A stretch of DNA of 64,000 bases from an uncultured delta proteobacterium (GCA_963771465.1 CAVYTU010000014.1:1-64000); one strand, 5' to 3'; positions 19,029-28,532 are shown, counted from the stretch's first letter. Notes: generated from the letters alone by a model not told the origin. Program-made: numbers and translations.

Positions 19029-21317
19029 TTACGCGCCCGGCTGTGCCGTAGGTGCGATCGGCGCGCTGACCACGCCGCCGCGCACTTTATTGTGGCAATC
19101 ATGCGCCGCATCGATGAACAACTGCGCTTCCTGCAATAGCTGCACGGCGCGGTCAGCGTCCGCCGTTTTGCCGGCGCCGATAAACTCCTTGGCTTTGAAT
19201 AAATATTCGGCGAATTTTCCGCCGGCGTACTTGTCCCAGAAAAGCTGCGTGTCGTAGAAGCGTTGGGTGAACTCGGCAATGATCTGATCGTCATTTTCTG
19301 AAATCGCCGGGTTTTGATCCTTCACCAAACCTTGCGCGGCGCGCACCATCGAGGCATAAGCCGCCTTCACCGCGTGCTGGGCATAGCCGGAATCAAGCAG
19401 CAGTTGGGCTTCGAACAGCTCCCGCTCGCTCGCCGCTAGCGTGAACTCAGATTGGCTCACCACCTCGCCGGCGCACTCGCCGACACCCATGTCCGCGAGC
19501 GTAAACTCCCGCGGATCGCCCCAGTCGCTGTAGAAAGTCCGATCCACTTCATGGGCGGGAATCTTGGTCAGATCTTCGAGCAAATCTTTTACCGCCTTTT
19601 TCCCGACCCGCGCGACGAACTCTTGAAACCGTTCGTCCTTCAGTCGTTGACGCACATAATATTCCGTAATTGTCATCACCGCTTCGGGGATTCGCTTGGA
19701 CGGCACGGCGCCGATCGCCACGCCGTACTCGCCGCCGTTGTCGTGGAACTTGCCGCCGAGGATGACTTGGAAATGCGGCACCTGAAAACCTTTGACGTTG
19801 CGGTTGATACCGTAAAAGCCGATGTCGGCGATGTGATGCTGGCCGCAGGAGTTAAAACAGCCGCTGACTTTGATGCGGAGACTTTTCACCGCTTCGTCCA
19901 ACTGCAAACTTTTTTCACCCAGACGGTAGCGCAGCTCGCGTGCCAGGCCGCGCGACGAGGCGATGCCGAGTTTGCAAGTATCCGTGCCGGGGCAAGCGGT
20001 TACGTCGACAATGGTCGCCGCGTCCGCCGCGCCCAAGCCGATGGCTTTGATCGCCTGGTAAAACGCCGGCAAATCCGCTTCGCTCACCCAGCGAAATAAA
20101 ATATTTTGCTCCACCGTCGTCCGTAGCGTGTCATTGACGAAACGCCGCGCGATGTCGGCAAGCGCGCGCAGCTGATCGGCGCTGGCGTCGCCCAGCGGCA
20201 GCGTCACCGTCGCCGCGACGTAACCCGGTTGTCTTTGTTTGTAAACGTTGGTCGCATGCCAGGCGTCAAATCCTTCGGGCCGCTGATGGCCGTTGAGATT
20301 GATCCCAGGTTTGAGCGGCAGCTCGGTCCATTGATCGACTGCGCGGAGATAATCCGTCCAACGCGAATCGAAGGTAAGCTTCTGTCGTTCTGCCGCCACC
20401 AGCTTTTTGAATTCGTCGACGCCGAGCTGCGCGATCAGAAATTTAATCCGCGCCCGCGCCCGGTTGCGTTTCTCGCCGAGCCGAGCGAACACACGCGAGA
20501 TTGCCTGCAGGGTCGGCAATAGTTCTTCTTCAGGCAAAAACTCATCGAACAATTTCGCCTTGTAGGGCACTGAGCCCAAACCACCGCCGACATAGAACGC
20601 GAAGCCGCGTTGTTTCTTGCCATCAACGACTCGGACCTTGGCGATGGCGCCCATGTCGTGCATGGTCACCAGGCCGCAAGGGTTCTGCTCGCAACCGGAA
20701 AAAGCGACTTTCACTTTACGTCCGAAGTCCTGGGTGTCCGGATGGCCCATTAAAAAGCGCGCGCAAGCCTTGGCGTAAGGCGTCGTGTCGAAGGTCTCTT
20801 CATGGCAGATACCCGCCAGCGGGCAAGCGGTGACGTTGCGCACGACGTTACCGCAGGCTTCCTGGGTCGTGACGCCGACCGCGGCGAGGCGGCGCATGAG
20901 ATCGGGCGTGTCGTCGATGTGGACGAAGTGAAACTGAAAATCCTGCCGCGTCGTCACATGCGACACGCCGTCGGCATACTCTTCCGACAGATCGGCGAGC
21001 GTTTCCAACTGCGCCGGGGTCACGCCGCCGAACGGAATCTTGATGCGCATCATCCCCGGCGCGCCCCACAAGGTATCCGGCCCTTTAAACGCGTCGCCGC
21101 CGAGATTCAGTTTTTGCACACGCTGGCCGTCGTGGCGCTGGCCGTTGTCGTAGCGCTGGCCGTAGATACCGCGGCGCAGGCGCGTCTCGGCGAAAACTTT
21201 CTCGTCGATCTTTCCCTGCCGGCGCAGCTGCATCTGCTGCTCGAAGATATCGATCTCGCGGCCAAGCTCGGCGGGAATTTTATCGCCAAGTTTTTCTTTC
21301 CAAGTCTGCTTGTCCAT
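19029..21317 (-). CDS. sir: Siroheme [4Fe-4S] sulfite reductase (Sir/NirA type) with C-terminal HEPN-like extension
   Basis: GIYGQR, HVTTRQD, CPGTDTC, SGCFNSCGQH siroheme/cluster motifs; about 140-aa helical tail after GVGECAGEVV. Confidence 0.92.
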   Translation of the reverse strand: MDKQTWKEKLGDKIPAELGREIDIFEQQMQLRRQGKIDEKVFAETRLRRGIYGQRYDNGQRHDGQRVQKLNLGGDAFKGPDTLWGAPGMMRIKIPFGGVTPAQLETLADLSEEYADGVSHVTTRQDFQFHFVHIDDTPDLMRRLAAVGVTTQEACGNVVRNVTACPLAGICHEETFDTTPYAKACARFLMGHPDTQDFGRKVKVAFSGCEQNPCGLVTMHDMGAIAKVRVVDGKKQRGFAFYVGGGLGSVPYKAKLFDEFLPEEELLPTLQAISRVFARLGEKRNRARARIKFLIAQLGVDEFKKLVAAERQKLTFDSRWTDYLRAVDQWTELPLKPGINLNGHQRPEGFDAWHATNVYKQRQPGYVAATVTLPLGDASADQLRALADIARRFVNDTLRTTVEQNILFRWVSEADLPAFYQAIKAIGLGAADAATIVDVTACPGTDTCKLGIASSRGLARELRYRLGEKSLQLDEAVKSLRIKVSGCFNSCGQHHIADIGFYGINRNVKGFQVPHFQVILGGKFHDNGGEYGVAIGAVPSKRIPEAVMTITEYYVRQRLKDERFQEFVARVGKKAVKDLLEDLTKIPAHEVDRTFYSDWGDPREFTLADMGVGECAGEVVSQSEFTLAASERELFEAQLLLDSGYAQHAVKAAYASMVRAAQGLVKDQNPAISENDDQIIAEFTQRFYDTQLFWDKYAGGKFAEYLFKAKEFIGAGKTADADRAVQLLQEAQLFIDAAHDCHNKVRGGVVSAPIAPTAQPGA

Positions 21318-21378
21318 GATCGTTCACCTCCTGGGCGTGGCTGAGTTCATCGCCATGCGTCAAGAATTTCAATTAGAA

Positions 21379-21397
21379 GTAAGTTGATTGAGTTAGT
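21379..21397. promoter_or_regulatory. Candidate Rrf2 operator upstream of the sulfite reductase
   Basis: Minus-strand actaactcaatcaacttac matches actaagtaattcaactaag (21892-21910) at 14/19 positions. Confidence 0.55.
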
Positions 21398-21431
21398 CAG
21401 TTATTCCCGCAAAAAATTTTCGCCGGCGTTA

Positions 21432-21866
21432 TTAGATGTAATACATGTACGATTCCTGTTCCGGCTTACATAAATCGGCCAACGTCGTGTCCTCCAGAAC
21501 CGCTTCCATCGCCGCCACTCCCTTTGCCCATGCCTGCATCAAGCGCTCGGTCGCCAGCGCGCCACTGCCGTTCTTTTTTTTGGGTCTGACATCGAGGCTG
21601 ACAAACGGTCCTTCCAATACCTCGATCACTTCCTTGACCGAGATCGTCTCCGGGGGCCGCGCCAGAATGTAACCGCCGCCGGGACCGCGCGAACCGTGCA
21701 CCAAGCCAGCGCGATTGAGCAGCACCATGATCTGACCGAGATATTCGGAAGGAATGTCTTGGTCTTTGGCGATCTCTTTGACCTGCGTCGTACGGCGAAT
21801 TTTATAATTGTTCGCCAATTCAACTAACGCGAGGAAGCCGTAGTACGCCTTCGAGCCGACTTTCAT
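21432..21866 (-). CDS. Rrf2 family transcriptional regulator (CymR-like, lacks the three-Cys Fe-S motif)
   Basis: YLGQIM..L..AGLV.GSRGPGGGYILARPPETI, EVLEG, C-terminal MYYI; heads the cys operon. Confidence 0.92.
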   Translation of the reverse strand: MKVGSKAYYGFLALVELANNYKIRRTTQVKEIAKDQDIPSEYLGQIMVLLNRAGLVHGSRGPGGGYILARPPETISVKEVIEVLEGPFVSLDVRPKKKNGSGALATERLMQAWAKGVAAMEAVLEDTTLADLCKPEQESYMYYI

Positions 21867-21889
21867 GTCACACCCCTATTTGAAGGCTT

Positions 21890-21918
21890 AAACTAAGTAA
21901 TTCAACTAAGAAAGTCAA
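21890..21918 (-). promoter_or_regulatory. Sigma70-type promoter of rrf2 with an overlapping candidate operator
   Basis: Minus strand TTGACT-N17-TAGTTT, 23 nt upstream of the ATG. Confidence 0.65.
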
Positions 21919-22167
21919 GAATAGACTCGCCTTGCTTTTCGACCATCCGTCACACTGCGCAAGCCTGTATTCAGGCTGCGTGTTTTCAAGTTGCTTGGAT
22001 CAATCGATTGCAGCTATATTCCGGCAAATTCCACCGCTGTGATTTGAGTTCGGCAACTTCGAAGGTGTATTCGATAAAAAACTGAGCTTCGAAGACAGCG
22101 GCTTTTTTGAAAAGCTCCACGCAGAATACGGCGCGAAGTAGCCCTAATTTCTAACACTTGAAAACAC

Positions 22168-23004
22168 ATGGACATCGAAACCCAACTGCTAAGTTTCAAA
22201 ACCAGCGACAGAGAAACTTTGCACGGCCTGCTGTTCACGCCGCGCGAGCAGAAATCTGATCTCGCGCTTTTGCTCGTGCATGGCGTGGCGATGAATTTTT
22301 ATTTGCCGCCGTTGGCGACGTTCGGACAGGCGCTGGCTGAACGCGGGCATCACTGCTTCGTCATCAACACGCGCGGTCATGATTGGATTTCGCGCGCAGG
22401 CAATCTGACGAAATTCGGCGGCGCCGCCTATGAAACCTTTGAGGACAGCACCAAGGATTTCGACGGCGCGTTGGAGTGCCTGAGCGCGCAAGGCTACCGG
22501 CGCTTCATTTTAGTCGGCCACAGCCTCGGTTGCGTTAAGTCATTACTCTATCAAGGCAACCGCCAACGCAACGATGTCATCGGCGTCATCTCCTGTTCCT
22601 GTCCGAGACAGTTCTACTCCGCGCGCGCCGAAGAACAGCCAGAATTCGAACAATTGATGGCGAAAGCCGAGGAACTGGTAGCGCAAGATAAAGGCGAGGA
22701 ATTCCTCTGGGCATGGACCAGCGGCGCCATGGGAATTTTCACCGCGCGCACTTACGTCAACAAATACGGCCGCCACGAAATTAACGACGTGCGCCGGCAT
22801 GCAGGCCGCCTAGGCTGTCCGCATATGGCCGTCGCCGGCGGCGCCGAGCATCCGTTTTTTCCGCGCTATGCCAAAGAGATCGCTGAAGCCGGCGGCGCCA
22901 GCGCGAGTTACAAAATCGTTCCCGGCGCAAATCATTTCTACACCAACCATGAATCAGAGGTCGTCGAGATCATCGCCGACTGGCTTAAGCAATTCACAAA
23001 CTGA
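22168..23004 (+). CDS. Alpha/beta hydrolase (DUF1749-like), paralog 1
   Basis: HGV, NTRGHD, GHSLG, GANHFY. Confidence 0.85.
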   Translation: MDIETQLLSFKTSDRETLHGLLFTPREQKSDLALLLVHGVAMNFYLPPLATFGQALAERGHHCFVINTRGHDWISRAGNLTKFGGAAYETFEDSTKDFDGALECLSAQGYRRFILVGHSLGCVKSLLYQGNRQRNDVIGVISCSCPRQFYSARAEEQPEFEQLMAKAEELVAQDKGEEFLWAWTSGAMGIFTARTYVNKYGRHEINDVRRHAGRLGCPHMAVAGGAEHPFFPRYAKEIAEAGGASASYKIVPGANHFYTNHESEVVEIIADWLKQFTN

Positions 23005-23047
23005 TTTGGAATTGCCGGGAGCAGTCAGGTTACTTGGCAGGTAATAT

Positions 23048-23808
23048 CTATACTCTTGCGAAGATGAACACGTCATTCTCGGCGAGCTTCGGCAGATCAG
23101 GGTGCGAGGAACAGTATTCGCGGAAGGCCTTGAGGCCTTCGTGAAATGAACCATCGTCTATGCATTCCAAATCGGAGTAGGTCCGCAGCGCAATCTTCTC
23201 GACGTACTCAGCGGCCGTCGGAGCAATCTCATAACCGAGAGTTTCGATCGCGACGGTACGGAATTGACGATGATTTTGCCAGGCTAACTAGCTTGTCGCG
23301 GGTAGGCAGCCGCCGCTCATCGACAGCACGAGCAGCGGGAAAAAATCGTTGGTAAATGTAGCAATCGAGATTCTCCCGCGTAGCTTGCCGGACGCACAAA
23401 TTCCCATTCAGTCTTCAGAACCCTGCGAATCTCTCGGAGCGCTTTCGGAGCATCCACAAGGTGGTGCAAAACCTGAGACATGAACACGAGGTCTGCCATA
23501 CTGTCGTCTAGCGGTATGCTTTCAGCTCGGCCTGGAATGAAGCGGACAGTTGGCGGATGGGGTTTGGCTTCAGCAGTCGCACGCATGTTAGTCGCCGGTT
23601 CGACCCCGAGCACTTGCGCTGCAAACGCCTCCGACAAAGCCGTCGAGAATCGGCCAGTGCCAGAACCAAGATCAACTATGAGAGTGACCGGTTGCGCGAC
23701 ATGAACTCGGAGGAATGCCATCAATGCATCGGTCGCGTCAGACGCAAGCGCGCGGCCGACGTCGTAACGCCGGTGTACGTCGGATTCCTGGTAAGTGAAA
23801 GGAGTCAT
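23048..23808 (-). pseudogene. Class I SAM-dependent methyltransferase with at least 2 frameshifts (or sequencing errors)
   Basis: DLGSGTG, SQVLHH, RRVLK; other frames continue NGNLCVRQATRENLD...FFP and TVAIETLGYE...RTYSDL...VFIFARV-stop at 23048. Confidence 0.75.
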
Positions 23809-23902
23809 TCAGTAGATAATCTAAATCGAAACAGAACTAAACAATGGATCGACTGCTCCGCCACGCCGCGCGCAGACCGCGATATTTTCCGAATTGTGCT
23901 TT

Positions 23903-23980
23903 GTTTAACGAGACGAATAGTCCTCGAACCCGTACCCCTTCGCTCGGGCAAGCTTCGTCAGATTCATTCGGCGGCTGGGC
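23903..23980 (-). mobile_element. Degenerate integron attC-like site downstream of the TIMP-like gene
   Basis: Minus strand GCCCAGC..CGAATGAATCTGACGAAGC...GTTCGAGGACTATTCG..GTTAAAC follows an R''-L''-L'-R' layout, 78 bp, 15 nt after the stop codon. Confidence 0.5.
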
Positions 23981-23995
23981 CGTCATTCCCGTTCC

Positions 23996-24457
23996 TCACC
24001 TGAGTTTCTTGCCGATACCTAGGTCTACTAGGTCTTCCTTGGCACCCGAAAGCTCTCGCGTACCGCCGCACAACGACACAGCTCCGATGTCGTAACTCGC
24101 CTCTCTTACAGCGTCGTCAGTAACACGGGCGGCCGCCACCAGATATTCCCTTCCTTCCTTGAAGTAGTAGCCGTTGCAACTCCACTTGTTGTAGATCGTA
24201 CGAAGGACCGCCGTCCGTCGAACCGGCCCCTTCCACGCCTGGTAGACTTCGAAGGTCACGACGATGGGTGGTTCGACGTCCGTGCGGTCCGGTTCAAGAT
24301 ACTCAACCCTGGTTGCCTTCCCGGTAAACACCGCAGCATGGGCGGTGAGAATCTCGCGACCACGAGGTCCCACGCAACTGCACCCCCAGACACATGGCGC
24401 TCCCAGGAACAACGAGCCTAAAATGACAAATGCACCGAATGCTCGATTTCCCATCAT
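23996..24457 (-). CDS. Secreted TIMP/NTR-like protein
   Basis: Signal peptide followed by CSC, VFTGK, VTFEV..AWKG, SCNGYYFKEGREYLV, SLC; GGAGG RBS. Confidence 0.7.
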   Translation of the reverse strand: MMGNRAFGAFVILGSLFLGAPCVWGCSCVGPRGREILTAHAAVFTGKATRVEYLEPDRTDVEPPIVVTFEVYQAWKGPVRRTAVLRTIYNKWSCNGYYFKEGREYLVAAARVTDDAVREASYDIGAVSLCGGTRELSGAKEDLVDLGIGKKLR

Positions 24458-24640
24458 GACCTCCGGGTTCGGTTCAAAACAAGGCAATAATTTATCCACA
24501 AGATTCCTATCGTCGGCACCCTGCTCGCTGGCTCCTTCTATAATGAAGTAAGATAACTTACTGCCAAGAATTTCGTCCCACTAACGTCCATCACCTTGAC
24601 AGTCGCAAGCGACCATATCATAGAATCGCTAGAATTATTT

Positions 24641-25477
24641 ATGGCTTACCAAACCCAAATCCTCATCTTCAAAACCGCCGACAACGAGCGCCTCCACGGC
24701 GCGCTGCTGACGCCGCCGGACAAGAAATCGGACATTGCGCTGATCTTCGTCCACGGCGTGGCGATGAATTTTTACTTGCCGCCGTTGTTTAACTTCGGCC
24801 AAGAACTTAGCGAACGCGGCCATCATTGCTTTGTCATCAACACGCGCGGGCATGATTGGATTTCGCGCGGAGGGAATTTGACCAAGTTCGGTGGCTCGGC
24901 TTACGAAAGTTTGGACGACTGCGTCGCCGATCTCGACGGCGCCATCGACTTTCTCAAGCGGCATCACTATCGACGCTTCATTTTAATCGGCCACAGCCTC
25001 GGCGCCATCAAGTCGATCATCTATCAAGGTACACAGCAGCGCAGCGATGTCATCGGCATCGTCTCGTGCTCGGCGCCGAAACAATTCTATTCGGAACGTG
25101 TCGTGCGCCAGCCGAGATTTCGCGAGCTGATCGAACAAGCCGAAGAACTGGTCAACGCCGGCAAGGGTGAAGAGTTGATGTCGGTCAACGTCGGCGCGAC
25201 ACCGGGCATCTTCACCGCACGGACGCATTTAGACAAGTACGGCAAGGACGATCGCAACGACTGCCGGCCGCACGCCAAGAACATCGGCTGCCCGCTGCTC
25301 GCCGTCGCCGGCGGCGCCGAGCCGCCGTTTTTTCACGAGTACGCTCAAGAAATCGTCGCTGCTGCCGGCGGCCAGTCGGAATATCGTTTCGTCGAAGGCG
25401 CCAATCATTTTTACAACCGCCACACGCGACAGATCGTCGAGATCATCCACGAGTGGCTGGGAAGATTTGAAGATTGA
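24641..25477 (+). CDS. Alpha/beta hydrolase (DUF1749-like), paralog 2
   Basis: Same motifs as 22168-23004; HGVAMNFYLPPL and HCFVINTRGHDWISR are identical. Confidence 0.85.
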   Translation: MAYQTQILIFKTADNERLHGALLTPPDKKSDIALIFVHGVAMNFYLPPLFNFGQELSERGHHCFVINTRGHDWISRGGNLTKFGGSAYESLDDCVADLDGAIDFLKRHHYRRFILIGHSLGAIKSIIYQGTQQRSDVIGIVSCSAPKQFYSERVVRQPRFRELIEQAEELVNAGKGEELMSVNVGATPGIFTARTHLDKYGKDDRNDCRPHAKNIGCPLLAVAGGAEPPFFHEYAQEIVAAAGGQSEYRFVEGANHFYNRHTRQIVEIIHEWLGRFED

Positions 25478-25504
25478 GCTACCCCGCAGTAAGCTGCGGG
25501 TATC
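25476..25504. repeat. Short REP-like hairpin / possible terminator
   Basis: gagctaccccgcag-taag-ctgcgggtatc immediately at the stop codon. Confidence 0.55.
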
Positions 25505-25534
25505 AGAATGACGCGATGCGAATTGTCCCAAAGA

Positions 25535-25617
25535 CGTCACCCCCGAATGTTTTTATCGGGGGTCCATCCGGACTCGCCTGGATTCCCGCTTAAAGCATGC
25601 GGGAACGACGGACTTCG
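25535..25617. repeat. 83-bp REP-like double hairpin, copy 1
   Basis: cacccccgaatgtttttatcgggggtcca...cgcctggattcccgcttaaagcatgcgggaa.gacggacttcg; near-identical to 42959-43043. Confidence 0.92.
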
Positions 25618-25647
25618 GAAAGGAAATTTGTTAACGTAGCTAAACCT

Positions 25648-26997
25648 ATGGACAGCATCACCAACCAGATCACCGAATACGCCGCGACCGCGAAGTTTGA
25701 AGACTTAACCCCGGACACGATTCACGCCGCCACGCAACGGCTCATCGATTCGCTCAGTTGCGCGCTGGGCGCTCACGACAGCGAGCCGGTGCAAATCGGC
25801 CGGCGGCTCGCGAGCGGGCAGACGGCGGGAAAATATCCAGGGCGCGTTTTGTGTTTTGGCGACCAATTGCCCGCCGAAGCGGCGACGTTCATCAACTCCG
25901 CGATGATTCGCAATCTCGATTTCAACGACCGCTATCCCGGTGGACATCCGAGCGATTGTCTCGGCGCGCTGCTCGCTCTGGCCGGCGCGATGAAAGTGGA
26001 CGGCAAGCATTTTCTCGCCAGCATGATCGTGGTCTATGAGATTTTCGCGCGCCTGAGCGACGCCGCCAAGCTCAGCCGGCAAGGCTGGGATCAAGGTTAC
26101 GCCATCGGCATCGCCACCGCCGCCGGCGTTTGTAATCTGTTGCGCCTCGGCGCCGATGCCACGGCGCATGCCGTCGGCATTGCCGCTACCGCCAATCTGC
26201 CGTTGCGCGTCACCCGATCCGGCGAACTGACGCCATGGAAAAACGTCGCCACGGCTTATGCCGCGCGCGACGGCTTGTTCGCCGCCTTGCTCGCCGCCGA
26301 AGGGATGAGCGGACCCGGCAACGCGTTCGAAGGTCGAAATGGTTTGTGGGAAAAAGTCACCGGCCCGTTCGAGTTAGCACCGTTTCCCAATCGCGGCGGT
26401 GCATATTTAACGCCGCGGGTTCAGCTCAAGTTTTGGCCCATCGAAACCAACGGCCAACCGGCCGTATGGGCGGCGCTGGAATTGCGCGCGCAAGTCGACC
26501 CGAAAGACTTACGGCAAATCGACGTGCTCACTTCCAAATTCACCTGGTTCGAGATCGGCAGCGAACCGGAAAAGTGGGATCCAAAAACGCGCGAGACCGC
26601 GGACCACAGCCTGCCGTACATCTTCGCCAGGACGCTGGTGGACGGGCAGCTGCGCGTCGCTTCGTTCAACGACACTGCGGTTCTCGACCCGACGCTACGA
26701 CCACTGATGAACATGATCAAAGTCATCGTCGATGACGAGATCGAAACGTTGTCGCGAGAAAAAACAATTCTCAGAGTCGTCGCCACTTCGGCGAATGGTG
26801 ACCAGCACAAGGTTGAAGTGATAAATCCGCTAGGCCATCCCGACAATCCGATGCAAGACTCGCACATCGAAGAGAAGTTTTTCGCTCTTGCCGAACCCGT
26901 CCTAGGCAAGGACCGCTGCCGCACGACCCTCGACCGCTGGTGGCAGGTCGCCGGTGCGGCGAATGTGAGCGAGCTGATCAAGCTACTCGATCTTTAG
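25648..26997 (+). CDS. MmgE/PrpD family protein
   Basis: LDFND..PGGHPSD, SGELTPWK, KFWP, RETADHSLPY, GHPDNPM. Confidence 0.92.
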   Translation: MDSITNQITEYAATAKFEDLTPDTIHAATQRLIDSLSCALGAHDSEPVQIGRRLASGQTAGKYPGRVLCFGDQLPAEAATFINSAMIRNLDFNDRYPGGHPSDCLGALLALAGAMKVDGKHFLASMIVVYEIFARLSDAAKLSRQGWDQGYAIGIATAAGVCNLLRLGADATAHAVGIAATANLPLRVTRSGELTPWKNVATAYAARDGLFAALLAAEGMSGPGNAFEGRNGLWEKVTGPFELAPFPNRGGAYLTPRVQLKFWPIETNGQPAVWAALELRAQVDPKDLRQIDVLTSKFTWFEIGSEPEKWDPKTRETADHSLPYIFARTLVDGQLRVASFNDTAVLDPTLRPLMNMIKVIVDDEIETLSREKTILRVVATSANGDQHKVEVINPLGHPDNPMQDSHIEEKFFALAEPVLGKDRCRTTLDRWWQVAGAANVSELIKLLDL

Positions 26998-27000
26998 CCT

Positions 27001-27438
27001 TTAAGTCGTCGCTCTCCCCGTGCCGATCCGCTTAGCTACCTGCGCGTGCGCGAGCACCACGCGTGGGTCGCGCTGCAAGGCGGCGACGTAACGTTCGCCA
27101 AACTCTCCACCGCTCTCCGCCGGCAGCAAGAGAAACACCGATTGACTCATGACTGCATCGACGCTCTGGGACGTCAGTTCCTCTTTCGCATCAAGAGTTT
27201 CATCGATAGCGACGATCAACTGTGAGATCGACCGGAGCCACGCGAACCACGGATCGCCGGTAAGTAGTTGGAAAAAATGGTTCGGTGAATGGATCGGCCC
27301 AACGGTCGATTCATAAACCGCTTTTTCGGAATCGAGCAGAACTTTGTGCAAGTGCACCAGCGCGTCGTGAAGTTCAAGCAGAGGGCGGCGGATCGTATCC
27401 TCATCCGATGGCCGCCCACGCAGAGGTTCCTTAGCCAT
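27001..27438 (-). CDS. Hypothetical alpha-helical protein
   Basis: LHKVLLDSEKAVYE...DPWFAWLRSISQLIVAIDE; fills a gap, protein-like composition. Confidence 0.75.
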   Translation of the reverse strand: MAKEPLRGRPSDEDTIRRPLLELHDALVHLHKVLLDSEKAVYESTVGPIHSPNHFFQLLTGDPWFAWLRSISQLIVAIDETLDAKEELTSQSVDAVMSQSVFLLLPAESGGEFGERYVAALQRDPRVVLAHAQVAKRIGTGRATT

Positions 27439-27485
27439 AGACTCTACAATAGCCAATTTAATCCTCGGCTCAACCATAGTGAGCA

Positions 27486-27553
27486 CCCCCCAATAGGTAC
27501 CCATATGAATACCCAATAAGGTGTATTGACTAAACCTATTATTGGGGTAATTT
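27486..27553. promoter_or_regulatory. Divergent promoter region with three CCCAATA..GGT boxes
   Basis: ccccaataggt, cccaataaggt and inverted acctattattgggg surround TTGACT-N16-TAATTT. Confidence 0.45.
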
Positions 27554-27614
27554 GCTCTGCGAATTCGTACGACGACGTTCCTAAGACTCTTAAAATCTAG
27601 GAGGATTTCAACCC

Positions 27615-28532
27615 ATGGACAGAAAGAAAGCGAGTGATTTCGACCCGCAACTGCTTGGTCTATTCCACAGATACATCCACGGCGCTATCAACCGGCGCGA
27701 GTTCTTGGAAGGCGCCGCCAAGTTCGCCGTAGGCGGTATGACCGCTTTGGGTTTGTGGGAGATGCTCCGGCCCAACTACGCGTGGGCGCAGCAGGTACCC
27801 AAAGACGATAAGCGAATTAGAACCGAGTACGCCTTTTATCAGTCACCAAAGGGCAACGCGACCGATGGCAAGATGCGCGGACTGCTCGCACGGCCGGCCA
27901 GCGGTGATAAGTTTCCAGTCGTATTAGTGATACATGAAAACCGCGGACTGAATCCTTATATTGAAGACGTAGTGCGGCGTTTGGCCGTGGTTGGCTTTAT
28001 GGCCTTTGGAGCCGATGCCCTTTGGCCACTGGGTGGTTATCCGACTGGTGATAGCGCTGAAGTGGATGAGAAAGCGGCTAAGCTATTTAGGAGCCTCGAT
28101 GACGGGAAATACGTCGAAGACTGCATCGCCGCGGCGGAGTTTTTGCTCAAGCATCCACAGTCGACCGGCAAACTTGGCGCCGTGGGATTTTGCAATGGCG
28201 GTGCTAAGGTAAACCTGCTGGCGGTCCGTATGCCGCAACTCGCGGCTGCAGCGCCGTTTTACGGGAGAGCGCCCGCGGCTGCCGACGTACCGAAGATCAA
28301 GGCCGCGGTGCTAGCGCATTTTGCTGATCTGGAGAATGATGCAAATACCACCGGCACTTGGCCCGCTTACGAAGCCGCATTGAAGGCCAATGGCATTAAG
28401 TATGAAGGGTATATTTATCCCAAGACCTTTCACGGCTTTCACAACGATACCACGCCTCGGTACAACGAAGACGCCGCCAAACTTGCCTGGCAACGCACCA
28501 TCGATCACTTCAATAAAACTTTGAAAGCCTAG
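27615..28532 (+). CDS. Dienelactone hydrolase family (YghX-like), twin-arginine leader
   Basis: INRREFL, HENRGLN, GFCNGG, HGFHND. Confidence 0.92.
   Translation: MDRKKASDFDPQLLGLFHRYIHGAINRREFLEGAAKFAVGGMTALGLWEMLRPNYAWAQQVPKDDKRIRTEYAFYQSPKGNATDGKMRGLLARPASGDKFPVVLVIHENRGLNPYIEDVVRRLAVVGFMAFGADALWPLGGYPTGDSAEVDEKAAKLFRSLDDGKYVEDCIAAAEFLLKHPQSTGKLGAVGFCNGGAKVNLLAVRMPQLAAAAPFYGRAPAAADVPKIKAAVLAHFADLENDANTTGTWPAYEAALKANGIKYEGYIYPKTFHGFHNDTTPRYNEDAAKLAWQRTIDHFNKTLKA

Noticed and set aside
19029-19460. HEPN RNase toxin or defence domain
   Set aside because: No RxxxxH catalytic motif is evident, and the context is a metabolic fusion
21950-22160. Possible riboswitch or ncRNA in the rrf2-hydrolase gap
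   Set aside because: No recognisable conserved motif or convincing structure by eye; an Rfam scan would be needed
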